The position numbers were made by a program, and so were the translations under genes. Of a DNA stretch of 64,000 nt, positions 43,166-57,568 are shown one piece after another. The first letter of the stretch is position 1, and the number at the start of each line of letters is the position of its first letter. The notes under the pieces were generated by a model. It worked only from the letters and a program-made list of their open reading frames with translations, did no database searches and was not told the origin of the DNA. This DNA comes from Eledone cirrhosa. Taxonomy: Eukaryota. The DNA lies in NCBI GenBank assembly GCA_964016885.1, contig OZ024758.1:18414001-18478000 (forward strand), written 5' to 3'.

Positions 43166-43619
43166 AGTATGTATGCGTATGTGTGGGTGTGTGAGCGTTT
43201 ATATAAAGCAAGTCTACTTTTCGGTTTTCACGTTAAATCTAAAGGTATTTTTTCCATATTTTCATATTAATCATTTATATTTAGTTTAGAAATATAATCT
43301 TTCTTTAATCCATGACTACCTTAATATGTAAAATCCTAAACGCAGATGATTATACTCAAACACTTCCTTGTTTATACAAAATAAGTTTGAAACTTAAGCT
43401 GTTCCCTGTAATACATCATCATACACCCTCATGCACACAAACACTTATACACATAAGCGCACACGAATACACGCACATATACGTGTTTTTGTTTGTATGT
43501 TTATATGTTGATGTGTTTCTGTGTATGTTTGTGTGTGTGTGTGTTTCTGTTTATGTGTGTTCATGTACGTCTGTTTCTATCTGTGATTGTTTTGTGCATT
43601 TGTGTGTATTTATGTGCAT

Positions 43620-43682
43620 GTGTGTGTGTGCACTCGTGTACGTCTATGTCCATGTGCATGTGTGTGTGTGTGTGTGTGTGTG

Positions 43683-43761
<79 letters not shown>

Positions 43762-43765
43762 CGTG
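43620..43765. repeat. (TG)n microsatellite
   Basis: Directly visible. Confidence 0.95.
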
Positions 43766-44861
43766 TTATAGTGTGTATTGTTGTTTATTTCTTCTCGATA
43801 GAACGTCACAAAAATATGCGGTTCCATGGAAAGCCTCTTTGTAGTGGAATTTATCAAAATAATTTACAATTGAACTTAATAATAAACGGTAGGAGGGCAT
43901 GCTGCAGAACTTATCGCTCCTATATTCTAACGATTCTATAAGGGTGAGATGGATATCTCATGGACTGATTATGAAGGAGGTATGCTAGACATGTGAAATC
44001 TTGCATGCGCTAATTTCAAATCTTCCTATTAATAACCACATTGTTTTCTACCAGAGTCTATGTTGAAAAACAAACTTCATTTGGTCATTCCATGCATAAT
44101 TCAGCTAATGAACCTTTTAGCTAAACCTCGTTCAAATCACCTAGATAAAACACCTCTCTACATAAATCTGTTATTTTCAACGTAATCGAAACTTTGCCAA
44201 ATATAAGACGTGCAGATGCAACTATTTCCTGTCTTTAAAAGTAAATCTTGAGTTAAATGTTCATAATTTTCTATTCATTAAATATTAACAGGCGTTTATC
44301 CTTTTTCAAAATGATAGTTGACGTACGTAATAATCGCCACTGTCTATATTGCGGCTGTTTTTGTTTATAACAATCGTAGTTCCCAGATATATCAATACAC
44401 TTTCGTTGTGAAGAGCTAAAGGGGTCGAATGCTTTCCAGGCTAACATATACGATACGAATCTTATATCCATGACCGTGAATTTGTACTTTAACTCCCGCG
44501 TAATATATATATAGAGAGAGAGAGATAGAGATAGAGAGATAGAGAGAGATGTGAGAAAACCCACAGACCCTCCATCTCAATTCTACTTTTGAAAAGCAGA
44601 AGAACTGTGAAACCGGTAAAGGAACTAAATAAATATATTTAAAAAAAAATACTCTAGTTGCATTTTCGATTTCACCTTTTTTCCTTATACTTTCACTCAT
44701 GTAGGACACCTCCTTTTTTTTTCAATTCGTAAAAAAACCTCACTTTCTAATAATATATATATATATGAAGTATTTCCTTAGGAAATGTAAATGAAAAGAG
44801 AGTGCTCTATGTAGACTACAGAGCGTTTTAGTTATGTAATAAACAGCATAAGATAATTATT

Positions 44862-44921
44862 ACATTTACCAATGGTTTCTTGAAGACATATATTTATGTC
44901 TGTCTTCATTCATCAGAATAT
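44862..44921 (-). ncRNA. Hammerhead motif, family F (minus arm)
   Basis: ATATT-CTGATGA-A.TGAAGACA..TGTCTTCA.A-GAA-ACC att GGT-A-AATGT. Confidence 0.8.
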
Positions 44922-44937
44922 TATTATCATAAATAAG

Positions 44938-44995
44938 TTTTCTGATGAATGAAGGCAGACATAAATATCTGTCTTCAAGAAACCATTGGTAAATG
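44938..44995 (+). ncRNA. Hammerhead motif, family F (plus arm)
   Basis: TT-CTGATGA-A.TGAAGGCAGA cataaata TCTGTCTTCA.A-GAA-ACC att GGT-A-AA. Confidence 0.75.
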
Positions 44996-45044
44996 AAATA
45001 ATTATCTGATGCTGTTTATTATATATATATATATATATATATAT

Positions 45045-45125
45045 AATAACATCATACAATCGTCTTTCTAACAATGTATATATGTATGCACCCATAGCTA
45101 CACTATTTCTACCAATCTCTCACCC

Positions 45126-45209
<84 letters not shown>

Positions 45210-45231
45210 GGGTGAGAGATTGGATGTATAT

Positions 45232-45263
<32 letters not shown>

Positions 45264-45346
45264 GGGGGTGAGAGTTTGGAAGAAAGATTGCAGCTATGGG
45301 TGCATACATAGATACATTGTTAGAAATACGATTGTATGATGTTATT
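45045..45346. repeat. About 85-bp inverted repeat enclosing a (TA)n tract and a third partial copy
   Basis: ...CTCTCACCCCCA(TA)nTGGGGGTGAGAG... occurs twice on the right side. Confidence 0.85.
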
Positions 45347-46212
45347 TTATAGGCTACACTAAACACATATAATTCATATATCTGTTAGTTGCTTCTATTT
45401 CAATTACTCATTTTGCAGAATTCATTTTTCCCAAATCAATCTAGTCATGAGGTAATTAAGTTATAGTTAAATTTATTTTTCTTGTTTATGATTATACATA
45501 TCTAAGCATATGTATTATAATAATAGTTTCTTTTGTGTGTATCTACAGCTGTAATGAATCATACACCGTGTTGAACTTTATATTATTGAAAACACTACTC
45601 TTTTTAACAATTTCTAAAACCTAATTGGATTAGAATACTAATATCATATTTCTCTTCGTGTGTATATCTATATGTGAAATTATAACAAACTGTCCTCTTT
45701 TTAATTATTTCAAATTTAAATAATAGATAGGAATTGATGTATTTTCAATCCTTTAGGATTGGATTCTCTGCTTTCTTTTAGTCAGAGGTTAAAATGTATA
45801 TCATATTCGTAGAAATAATTGAAGATGTATATATGAAGTCATTCTAAAAGAAGTAGTCTACTTATTTATTCGATACCAACAACGAAATAATTATAATTAC
45901 TTCCATTTACTTTCGGTCTTTATTATTCTTGCATTGTGATTCTGAATAGTCAATTTAAATGAATTTATGTAATTATTTTGTTACTGAGGGTTCTCACTTC
46001 AGAATGATGTCGATGTGTGGGGACAGCATAAACACACATCCATACACACATACACACATACATATATATATATATATAAACACACACACATATATATACA
46101 CATACACACACACATATATATATATATCACACACACACACACATACACACACACACATATATATATACACACACACACATATATATATATACACACGCAG
46201 ATATATACGCAT

Positions 46213-46273
<61 letters not shown>

Positions 46274-46334
46274 AATACACAGACGTATACATTTATTCAG
46301 ACACAAATGCACATATCTCTCTATATATATATAC

Positions 46335-46391
<57 letters not shown>

Positions 46392-46800
46392 AGAGAGAGA
46401 TACGCTATTACTCGTATGCTTCAAAATACTACAATTTCAAGAGCCATTTATGGTAAGTACACGGCTTCTCCATTAAATAAATTAAACAAGAATAATATAT
46501 ATATTTATCATATAATTTGATTTAGTAATATACTTATTAAATCGAGTGCCATGTTTTGAATATGTGCATTTGAAACAGGGCTTGCCCTTGCGAAATCTAG
46601 CAGAATCCTACGCATGTGCAGTCGATTCAGGACCCGTAAGTGTACAGTCTAATCGCGGTTTGCAAAAGTTCCCTGAAATCGATTGCACAAGTGTATTAAA
46701 ATTCCGGTTTGTGCATCCACAATATCCCTGTTTTATTGATTTTAAAAGTTGTCATATATCAGGTATGGCCTGGGACCCAGTGATTCCAGGAGTAAGGAGA

Positions 46801-47010
46801 AATAATTGTTTCAGATTTAGGCAGAACGCCAGCATCATTTGATAGGAGAGGAAAGACAAATGTTCGACCTCAGTACATTACTGGCCCTCTGTTTATCAAT
46901 GACGTAAGGATGAAAGATAAAGCCGTGTTTGACTTCACAGTTTAAAGGAACGAAACGTAACTATACGCCGGAAATTATATCATTCCATGATCTACCAATA
47001 CTGCCGATCT
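46801..47010 (-). mobile_element. Highly diverged SINE copy
   Basis: AATAATTGTTTC..GTACATTACTGG..GTAAGGATGAAAG..CTACCAATACTGCC. Confidence 0.65.
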
Positions 47011-47216
47011 CCAATACACTGTTAAGGAAATCTAATATATATAGAAAAGCTTCTAAATCTAAATGTACTGGTGTTCGTATGATCACGTGAAAACAATGTC
47101 GGTGACCAATTTGACCAGGTTTTACTTGATTCCATTAAACCAAAAGAAAATAAATAGCAGTTAATAACATACCACCTAACATTGTTATACGCGCCACACA
47201 CACGCACACACATATA

Positions 47217-47304
<88 letters not shown>

Positions 47305-47345
47305 CGATATTAAACAAATGGAAACTATATTTATAAAACCCTATT

Positions 47346-47411
47346 TATTTCATTATACATATTTCAGTGATACCATATTAAAAATATGGCATGCCTTCGT
47401 CAGATAAAATA
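47346..47411 (-). ncRNA. Hammerhead motif, family B (minus arm)
   Basis: Mirror of 47566-47631 with one stem II change. Confidence 0.8.
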
Positions 47412-47565
47412 CAATATATAAACAGTTTTATAAATAATTTTGACGTACTATGTTATAAGCGACCGTTATATTAGGAAGCTGTCTGGATATACAAACAGCT
47501 TCCTAATATAGCGGTCGCTTATAATATGGTACGTCAACATTATTTATAAAACTGTTTATATATTG

Positions 47566-47631
47566 TATTTTATCTGACGAAGGCATGCCATATTTTTAAT
47601 ATGGTATCCCTGAAATATGTATAATGAAATA
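47566..47631 (+). ncRNA. Hammerhead motif, family B (plus arm)
   Basis: TATTTTAT-CTGACGA-AGG c ATGCCATATT ttt AATATGGTAT c CCT-GAA-ATATGTAT-A-ATGAAATA. Confidence 0.85.
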
Positions 47632-47751
47632 AATATGGTTTTATGAATATAGTTTCCATTTGTTTAATATCGTATATCTAATAAAGCAAGATATCTCTCT
47701 ATATATATATAAGCAAATATATATATCTATATCTATCTATCTATATATGCA

Positions 47752-47825
<74 letters not shown>

Positions 47826-48520
47826 TATAGATATATATAGATATATAGCTTGTTCTCAATCACTCCAATCAAGATCTTTGAAATGAAAATCAAAAGTTCT
47901 TTAAACAGTCAGACATATTATGTCTAATCATCGAAGCTTGTTGTTAACAATGATTTCTTTACGTTTTAACATTTTTAGACAATGAGATAATACAATAAAA
48001 TGCAGACTATACCACACCGCACAATTATTCTTGCTGTAGATAATTATGCTTCACATTCGAATAGAAATGTTTTTATTATTTTCGTTTCTATTGTAAGCTC
48101 TCTTTACGTAATGTTTCTATGAGCATCTTATGTATATACATATACACAATCTCTCGGTATTACAATGGCGATTGTTTCTCTATAGCTAAATGTAGTCATA
48201 TGTACCTAATACTACTCTGTTCATATGTGAAATCATAATATACTTTACTTTAACATTCTGAAAAAACAAAATATATATATATTTTAATGAAAAATATATG
48301 CTTATAGATGACACTTATATACAAACATTATGAACTAGATATTATTGATTAATTCATATATGCTATTGGGTTGTTTAGTGATGTTATACAATATATATAT
48401 ATACATTATTAATATTAGTATTATTATTCGTTACATTCCTTAAATTAAACTAAAACTATGTTGACAATGTTTTAATAATGTCTTCCTTGTGAAATTTGTG
48501 GTCTCGTTTTGCTTAACTAA

Positions 48521-48592
<72 letters not shown>

Positions 48593-48593
<1 letters not shown>

Positions 48594-49110
48594 GCAGAGG
48601 TTATATTTAATTTGTTGGGATTCAACAAGCTTAAAAATGTTATAACTGATATAAAGCACTAACGGTTCTCCTCACTATCACTATGCATAATCTTGTTTTT
48701 CTCTCTCTTTCTTCTTCTCTATTTCTCTTTCTCTTTTCTTCTCTCTCCCTTTCACTATTCTTTCTCTCTCCCTTTCAATATTTGTTGTCTCTCCTTTTTA
48801 TATCTCCTGTTCACTACTTTCTTCCAACATTTTAATTTAAATAAACCGTTGTTTTTTCATTTTTTTTTACACTCATTTGCATACTCACTCATAACTTTGA
48901 ATCACCCTCAATAAAATATTATTTACACTATCCAGCGAGCCTCAACCGTTAAGGTGGTCTTTAGGCGCGTATGTCAATATTTGTTTATAAAAAAAATGTG
49001 TATTTTATCTGATGAAAGCGCACCATAATCTGCCTTGGTTGCCCTTGAAATATATATAATAAAATAATTATGGTTTTATAAATATATTTTCCTTTTATTA
49101 ATATATTGTA
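48593..49110 (+). mobile_element. Family B unit with longer upstream sequence and an inverted 3'-tail piece (48593-48665)
   Basis: Homology to 8605-8785 and 20111-20200; flanked by (TA)n. Confidence 0.72.
49001..49066 (+). ncRNA. Hammerhead motif, family B
   Basis: TATTTTAT-CTGATGA-AAGCGCACCA taatctgcct TGGTTGCCCTT-GAA-ATATATAT-A-ATAAAATA. Confidence 0.85.
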
Positions 49111-49249
49111 TATATATATAAAGGTAAACGTTTCTAATGGCAGTCCTCAATGTAGAAAAGATGTTATATTAAAATATGTGACATTTAGAAATGTATAACC
49201 AACCCAGTATAACGTGATTATGTATGACCATCCCTGTAGCATTTTATAT

Positions 49250-49326
<77 letters not shown>

Positions 49327-51193
49327 GAAAGAGAGTTAAAAACCTAATTTGGTTATGCTTTTACCTACCTTGATCAATGGTGATGTTATTATTTCTTTCA
49401 CTCAAAAATGTATTAACTAAAATATTCAACAGTAATAGAATAATAAATAGCACTAATACGAAGAATATTCAAAATCAATTCCTGAAAATTACTCATAAAA
49501 TGTTAAAAATAATCAGTTTTGTCAATTATGGTTGTACATTAAACATTAAACTCTGAAGCTTATTGCGCTGACTAAGTGATATTTAACTGAATTGAATAAA
49601 CTCAGTCAAACGTGCATGTAAATGAATGAACTTCTAGTGAAAATTTCCACCATCTAAATGTTCTGGAAAATGTCTCTCAGCCAATTTGATCTGAATCTCA
49701 TGAATTTTAAAATCAGCGTCGTCAATATATTTATAAAATAAAAAAACGTATTGGAAAAGAAAGTACGCTGGCAACGATGAATTTGTAGATTAGTAGATTC
49801 CAGCATTGCGTAGTATAAGTTTTAAAACAATAAAGATAAACAGCAACGAAATTAAAATAGACATCAGAATACAGAATATCATTTAGACTGCAAAATCAAC
49901 GTCAATAGAAGAATTGAGTTGAACCGCTACAATGAGTAAAAGAAATTGTGTGGTTTTGTCAGAATCTATTATTACGCAAACATTATATGTGATGTCAGTT
50001 AACAAGCTCTTTCAAGCAGTCTTATTTGCTAATTCGAATGTTATCCTTCAGTGAGTTTGAAACTTTATAAAAAACCACGGATAAAACATCATTATATTTA
50101 TATATTTGGTTTCTTTTTGAACATATATTAATCCATATCCTTATGTAATATGATCAGGTAATATGACAATATATGCTAATCTATCATCTATAGGACTTGT
50201 AATACCTAGCATAGATATGAATGGTGAGAGATAAATACATTTTGTATAGATAGACTTATCAAAAGCAGTTTAGTGTATTGATGAATGAGTGTGTGGTGCG
50301 GTAAAACATATATACATATACACTAGGTCCGAACACAAAGGAACGAAACTACATCTGACTTCACCTCCGTCTCTTCCGCTCTCCCCAATTCTCACTATGG
50401 GGGACCATGCGCTAGTTATTTGTTAATTTACTCATACATACCCTGCCATGCAAAAGGAGGTTAACAATTATGATTAGCGAACTACATAAAGGACAAATAA
50501 CTACAGATAGAAATTAGAATTTCGACAAGACAATTTACACCCTGCGATTTCGAATGAAATTATTCCTGACAGGCTATCACTTTAACGAACATATATTTAT
50601 ATTAACATTTGCAGCAAGTGCCAATAGAATCAAGGTGGACGTCTCTCAAAGCAGTGACAATAATAGCTTAATGACTCAAGGTACGATGTATCAAGCAATG
50701 TAGATAATTCGTTCCTTCCAATGTTGTATGCATTGCATACTGAACGTAATGATATAAGAAGTAAATAGAGAACACATCTACATCTGAGGGAAGAGAACAT
50801 TTCTTGGCACGAATCTTGATTTCTTAATGAAGACAATGTCATTCATTTACAACTAGAAATGAGTAATGCAGTTAAGTAGGCATCGTTTAATTACCCAAGG
50901 GGATGGAATAGATAGCTATAACTAAATAATTAAATATAAATGCATTAGCGAAAATAAAAGGAAATATAGGGAACCAAAAATACACATAGGGCACACGCAC
51001 ACACTCACCCACTCCCTCTCTCTCAAATTCTATTCCAATCTATCTATCTATATAAATATATATCTACGTTATATATATATAATTACAACAGTGACACAAA
51101 CAGGTTATGTGTTTCGTTGAGTTCTGGATCCCAAATAATTCCTATGGACTAAATGCTCTTACCCTTGGATATTTCAACCAAGCTTTTACTACA

Positions 51194-51278
<85 letters not shown>

Positions 51279-51291
51279 TATATACATATAT

Positions 51292-51343
<52 letters not shown>

Positions 51344-51497
51344 TAGCAAGTGAGAGATGAAAGACAGAAAAATTAGAAAAGCCGGACAAACATTGTAATC
51401 TCTCCGGTCATTCATCTGTCTACCAGCCTTTGTGTAAAACAGGATACTTTAAAAGGCACTGCTACACTTACTACTGCTCCAATATTCACTATATATA

Positions 51498-51589
<92 letters not shown>

Positions 51590-52239
51590 AGTGAGGGAGA
51601 GAGAGAGATAGAGCGAGAGGCAGGGAGTGACCGATTGGTTGATTTATTCGTCATGAAATCAATGGATACTGGACAACGTCCAATGTACAAATGGTTGAGT
51701 AAAAGCGAGAATTGAAAGCTTGTAGGACAACATGTAGTAAATTATGAGGTACAGGAGGAAAGTAAAAGAGTGAGAGATAGATAGAACATTGTGAAAGAAA
51801 TAGATAAAAGGGCGAAAGAGAAAAGGTATCATGGCAGTTAATGTCTGAAAGAGAGAGCAAGTTGCTTACGAGAATGGTACCAATAAACAATTATAACCTC
51901 GAAATGAAGGTACACATAACATATATAGATAGTTAAATATATATATATTCATATTTGTAGTGGAGATCTGCGATATACATATGAATGTGCGTATTGTATA
52001 TTTAATAATATAAAGTATGTTTATTTAAAAACATTTTGAAGGCATTTCAATATGGATTTAAGGCCGTGACAATAGTGTCATAGTCAGCTTTAGCAAAAAC
52101 AAAGGTAAATAACCGACGATCGTTACTCGATTTTTAGCTTTTGTGAACGTTATATATCCCTTTTGTGTTTGCTGGGAGCGGTGGATACTGGATTATTATA
52201 GAATACCAAATATATTCACGAGCTGTTTAAATTCAGTAA

Positions 52240-52240
52240 T

Positions 52241-52274
<34 letters not shown>

Positions 52275-52291
52275 GTATATATATATATATA

Positions 52292-52326
<35 letters not shown>

Positions 52327-52434
52327 TATATTATATATGTATATTTATATATACATACATATACACATATATACATATATACACACACATATACACACAC
52401 ACATATACACACATGTATATATACACATATACAT

Positions 52435-52507
<73 letters not shown>

Positions 52508-52520
52508 CATATATATACAT

Positions 52521-52562
<42 letters not shown>

Positions 52563-52581
52563 TATATACATATATATACAT

Positions 52582-52668
<87 letters not shown>

Positions 52669-52675
52669 ATATGTA

Positions 52676-52758
<83 letters not shown>

Positions 52759-52765
52759 ATATGTA

Positions 52766-52847
<82 letters not shown>

Positions 52848-52865
52848 TATATAGATATATATACA
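52240..52865. repeat. Compound (TA)/(CA)/(TATG) microsatellite
   Basis: Directly visible. Confidence 0.95.
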
Positions 52866-52886
52866 TATGTACTCTCTATATATTCT

Positions 52887-53170
52887 CTGATGTACTCTCC
52901 AGCCTTCATCAGGTGTCCCAGTGATGTTCTTATTAATGTTTGTTCAGGTCACTACCAAGAAGAGTACAGTTCTAGGGAACGACCTGTAGAAACGTTAATA
53001 ATAACATCACTGGGACACCTGATGAAGGCTGGAGAGTATATCAGCCGAAACCTTGTGTAACAACAAAACGGGATGAGGACACAGAGAGAATCCCATTTTC
53101 GGCGGGCAGGAAAAGCAGCAAATGTTATCCTCAAAATATGTATCACCGCGCTATCAATAAACTACGTTAT
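52887..53170. mobile_element. Family G fold-back (arms 52887-52950, 52981-53044) with 3' extension
   Basis: Inverted arms of about 64 bp. Confidence 0.82.
53015..53058 (+). ncRNA. Minimal hammerhead, family G
   Basis: ACAC-CTGATGA-A-GGCTG gagagtatat CAGCC-GAA-AC(C)T-T-GTGT; one change from an ACGT palindrome. Confidence 0.78.
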
Positions 53171-53189
53171 TATATGTACATATATATGT

Positions 53190-53597
53190 AGAGATGACCC
53201 CTTAGCCTTTGTCAAGGCAGAATTCTAGGAGAAGGAAAACTCTGATATAACACCTGCAACCCTGATGGTATCCAATGATGTTCACTTGTTCTTCTTTTTG
53301 GTAAATATCATCTTGGTTAAGAGAGTGGGACTGGCTTTGTGCAGTGCCTTTGCTCACTATAAAAGCTTCACGGCACAGGCATTGCTTTATATCTGGAGAT
53401 CTCTCTGCACTTGTCGTCACATGGTACCATGGGCCCAGCACTATGTGTCGATAATTGTCACAAGTGAAGTGTTTCTACCAGAGTTTTCAAGTCGCTGGCT
53501 GGACTAAAAAGTCACATTCGTTCAGCGCATCGGTAGGGGTTCTCCTACATGGATATAAGGTAGTGGCCGTACTCGAAAACGAGTTGGCAGCCGCCAT
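53190..53597 (+). mobile_element. Second copy of the 29070-29477 repeat
   Basis: Near-identical, offset 24120 bp. Confidence 0.85.
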
Positions 53598-53894
53598 GTT
53601 ATATATATATATATATATATATGTAATTAACCTGATTGTCACGATTGAGTCTATTGAGAAGGGAGCACCGCTTTGTACAATATCTAAATCATACTGAACA
53701 TTATTGAGTCAGCATACATTCTCTGGTGTGTAGAGGATAAGGTCTTTCAGATTTGTTACATGGTTGAACCAAAAGTATTATCAGGTCATGAGTACTCATA
53801 TCAATATCAATATTAACATTGATGAGGAATACTTCGTGGCTACCTATTTTACAATAGCCCATACATACTAAATAAACGTTATTATGATTAGTTT

Positions 53895-54075
53895 AATTCC
53901 TGCCGAGATCAAATTTGCCAATCATCTTTACGGGGTCGATAAAATCGAGTTCCAGTAATACACTCGGTTATTGCTGGCCTTATGCTAAATGTAGAAAGAA
54001 TTATGATTAGTCTAAAATAATTGTTTCTACTTTAGGCACAAGGCCAGCAATTACCCAGTTCATTACTGGTACTTT
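53895..54075. mobile_element. Tail-to-tail SINE fragments
   Basis: Plus-strand 3' half followed by a minus-strand 3' tail. Confidence 0.75.
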
Positions 54076-54121
54076 TAAAATAATATGTACGAATTATATA
54101 GATAAGTTTGTGCGTGTTCTA

Positions 54122-54153
<32 letters not shown>

Positions 54154-54217
54154 AATAAATACACACACACACACACCCATATGCACACATACACACACAC
54201 ACATACACACACACACA

Positions 54218-54284
<67 letters not shown>

Positions 54285-55017
54285 GTAAAATCTCGCAAAC
54301 AAAATTCAAAAACGAATTTTATATATATTTTCCTTTCATTACTCCTTGAATAGACAACTATATTTATTACAAGATATCTCGATAATCTTTGATCCACATC
54401 AGTTGGTTCCACAATGATTGACCGATGTTATATCAAACGAACAAGATGTATAGATGTAGTATTAATTGTACTGAAACCATAAATAGATTGTTTAACAGTT
54501 CTCGGTGAAAATAGATTATTTTACATTGAACGCAAAACCTATTTATCAACTGGACTATCTCTATATAGCCATTAACAGCATTTCCAAAATCATAAAATTC
54601 CAATCTGGTAATCTAATATGTACAAAGCAGAACATTGTATCTCTATCGAATGCGTATTCTAATATACATATATTACTTTTAATATAAGTTCTTTTAAATG
54701 TAATTTTTTTATAGATTTACATACAAGATAGATGTAAATATGGTTGCCTCACGATCAGAAACAGAGAGTACTGAGCACGAATTGACGCCAAGTTACTGGA
54801 AGTGCTGTCTTCAGTTCGTATCTGTAATACATAATACAAGAACATGGTGACATCATCAGGTGTTGCTAAATGTATCTAATAAAGAAAAATAATAAGTGTA
54901 AATACAATCCAAAGAGCTGAAAAATAGAGAGAAATGTTTAAGCCCTGATGCGACCAGCGCAAGCAGATTCCAGCCTTGGTAATCGCCTTCAAGTTATACT
55001 AACACACAGACACACAG

Positions 55018-55056
<39 letters not shown>

Positions 55057-55717
55057 ACCCCTTTTTCTTATGTCCTCTATCAACATTAACATTGAATGCA
55101 ATTTTAACATTTAATTATTTTTTTACATTTATAACATTATTCTTTCTTCGGGCCTAATTTTGTTTGAAGACTTTCTCCATTATTTCACTATATCAGCTTT
55201 TCCTTCTTTTGACTAAATCTTATACACGCATACCTAAGCCATTATGCATCACACTGTCTAACTATATTCCTTTCTTCTTCAATCTTATAATTTACATCCA
55301 CCACTTATACCGAAATCACTATTTCGGTTGTCTTTCTATGTAATATGCATCTAGGCTCAAACATTTTATACATTTTCCACAACACATGTGAATATAATAT
55401 AAACCTGCACACATATGTGAATGTCAATCTATATTTTTATTGTACATATATGTATTACCATAAGTATGTAAGATATCGTCATGCTATCTGATTGATGGTC
55501 TCATAGATTATCTAATTCCATTGTTTAATAAAGTATTTAGAGATGCAATACAAATCTGTGCATTATGAAAGTGTTACAGTAGAATGGTATGATCATTGTG
55601 TTGTGCTGCATCGTAAAATATAGGAAGTAAAATATACGATGCTTTTACATGTTGCAGCGATTTAATGTGTTCGACTGAGGTCCTCGTCAGAGGAGGGAGA
55701 CAAAACGTCAAAAATGA

Positions 55718-56291
55718 AATAATGGTTTTTGATATGGGCACAAGGCCAACAGATTTGGCGGAGGGGAAAGTCGATTCCATCAACCCCAGCGCATTACTGG
55801 TGTTTTATTTTATCGAACACGTAAGGATGAAAGGCAAATCTAACCTCGACACGATGTGAACTCAGCCTATAAATGACCGTAACTTTATGTCACAAAGAAT
55901 GATCTCCAACGCTTTACCGTTTGTGCGAATCCATCAAATAATTGTTTCTACTTTTGACACAATGTTAGCAATTACCACAGTGCATTACTGGTACTTTATT
56001 TTATCAACCCCGTTAGGATAATAGGTAAAGTTAACCTCGGCGGGATTTGAACTAAGACCGTAAACGGCTGTAACACTATACCACAAAGCATGAAGTCCAA
56101 GTCTTTACCGATTCTCCCAATTCATCAAATAATTGTTTCTACTTTTTACGCAAGGCTAACAATTATCCCAGTGCATTACTGGTACTTTTTTTATCAACCC
56201 CATAAGGATGAAAGACAAAGTTAACCTCGGTGGGATTTGAACTAAGACCATAAAGCATGATTCCAACGCTTTACTGATTCTGCCAATCCAC
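55718..56291 (-). mobile_element. Head-to-tail SINE trimer
   Basis: Three copies joined by CATCAAATAATTGTTTCTAC. Confidence 0.88.
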
Positions 56292-57182
56292 GAACTGCAG
56301 TCTGCAACTAACCCAGGTTCTGCTGCACGTCGGGCTGAGGAAGCCGAACTCTCCAAATGCTGGCCGCTCTCCGACAGGTTTGCGGTCGAACTCTTGGCGG
56401 TGGAGACCTCTTGTGTACTCGGCCCTAAGGTTACCTTCCTACTCACCATCATAGGCGGTGAGCTGGCGAGCCGCAGGTGTGACCCTCGCGAGTTGGAATG
56501 GCTCTTCAACAGTCTCCCTTGCCGTCCTCCGGAGCTGTTGGGAGGCCATTGACTAATCCTGTTTACCATCTTTGGTTATGAACTCCTTCATAAACCCCAA
56601 TTATTTGCAATCATCTCAATTAACACAGTTATGAGAAATTTGTCAAACTCCCGCAGAGGCTAATTATTTCCATAATACAACAAACAAAAAGAAAAAGAAA
56701 ACACCAGAGCACTGCGAAGAGAAGGACAGACAATGTGTGTGTGTGCCTGTTTGTATGTGTGTGTGTGGGGGGGGGGGGTATGTGTGTGTGTGTGTGTGTG
56801 TATGTGTGTGTGAGTGTGTGAGAGAGGGAGAGTGATAGAGAGAGTGAGAGAAAAGAGAGCGAGAGAGAAATAGAAAGGGTAAGAGGAAAGGAAAGAGAAA
56901 GAGACAGATTGCGTATATAAGAGAGAGATATTACTTATACGTACACGGGAGACAGAGAGAGATGTTACTTATACGTACAAGGGGGAGATAGAGGGATAAA
57001 TGCAGAGAGGGAGATAGAGGAAGATAGAGGGAGGGACAGTGGGAGATAGAGAGAGGGAGAGATGTAGACAGAGAGAGGGAGAATGGAGGGGAGAGAGAGA
57101 GGCAGAGTTGGAGAAATTAAGCCGGGAAGATGATAAACAGGTTGATAAATACCTATACAGATAAATGGGCTGATGTCAAATT

Positions 57183-57330
57183 TAATTGTTTCTACTATTG
57201 GCACAAGGCCAGCAATAACCCAGTACATTACTGGTACTTTATTTTATCGACCCCGTAAGGATGAAAGGCAAAGTTAACCTTGGCGGGATTTGAAGTCAGA
57301 ATGGCAAGGGCCGTAACTCTATGCGTCAAA
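57183..57330 (-). mobile_element. tRNA-derived SINE, 5'-truncated
   Basis: Family consensus match. Confidence 0.85.
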
Positions 57331-57568
57331 GTCAAATTTAATGAGGGAGAATTAGTGTTATATTTGTATTTCATATTTTCCTATTTATTGAAATATATAT
57401 CTAATAGTATTAATATATACTCAGATATTGACAGACATAAATCCTATCTGGCAATTAGTGAATTCAAACAGTAGAATAAAAAAAAAAAACTAGTATCTGT
57501 CTGAGGAATCAAATGAGAAATATATTCCGTTAACACAACAGGAATATAACGGGGGGAACATAGAAACA

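Larger units (their letters stand above)
44837..45021. mobile_element. Family F fold-back pair (44837-44918, 44940-45021)
   Basis: Near-perfect inverted arms; the right end runs into (TA)n. Confidence 0.88.
47300..47677. mobile_element. Family B fold-back pair, arms about 183 bp, spacer about 12 bp
   Basis: Near-perfect palindrome centred near 47488. Confidence 0.92.

Noticed and set aside
46546-46842. 98-aa ORF as a possible host exon
   Set aside because: No recognisable domain, and it ends inside a SINE tail.
47300-47677. Palindromes as classical MITEs or miRNA precursors
   Set aside because: Arm lengths and junctions vary between loci, solo arms exist and the arms carry HHR motifs; a retro-origin fits better.
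57495-57530. CTGAGGA-ATCAAATGA-GAAATATATTC
   Set aside because: 2-nt loop II and no stem I; likely chance.
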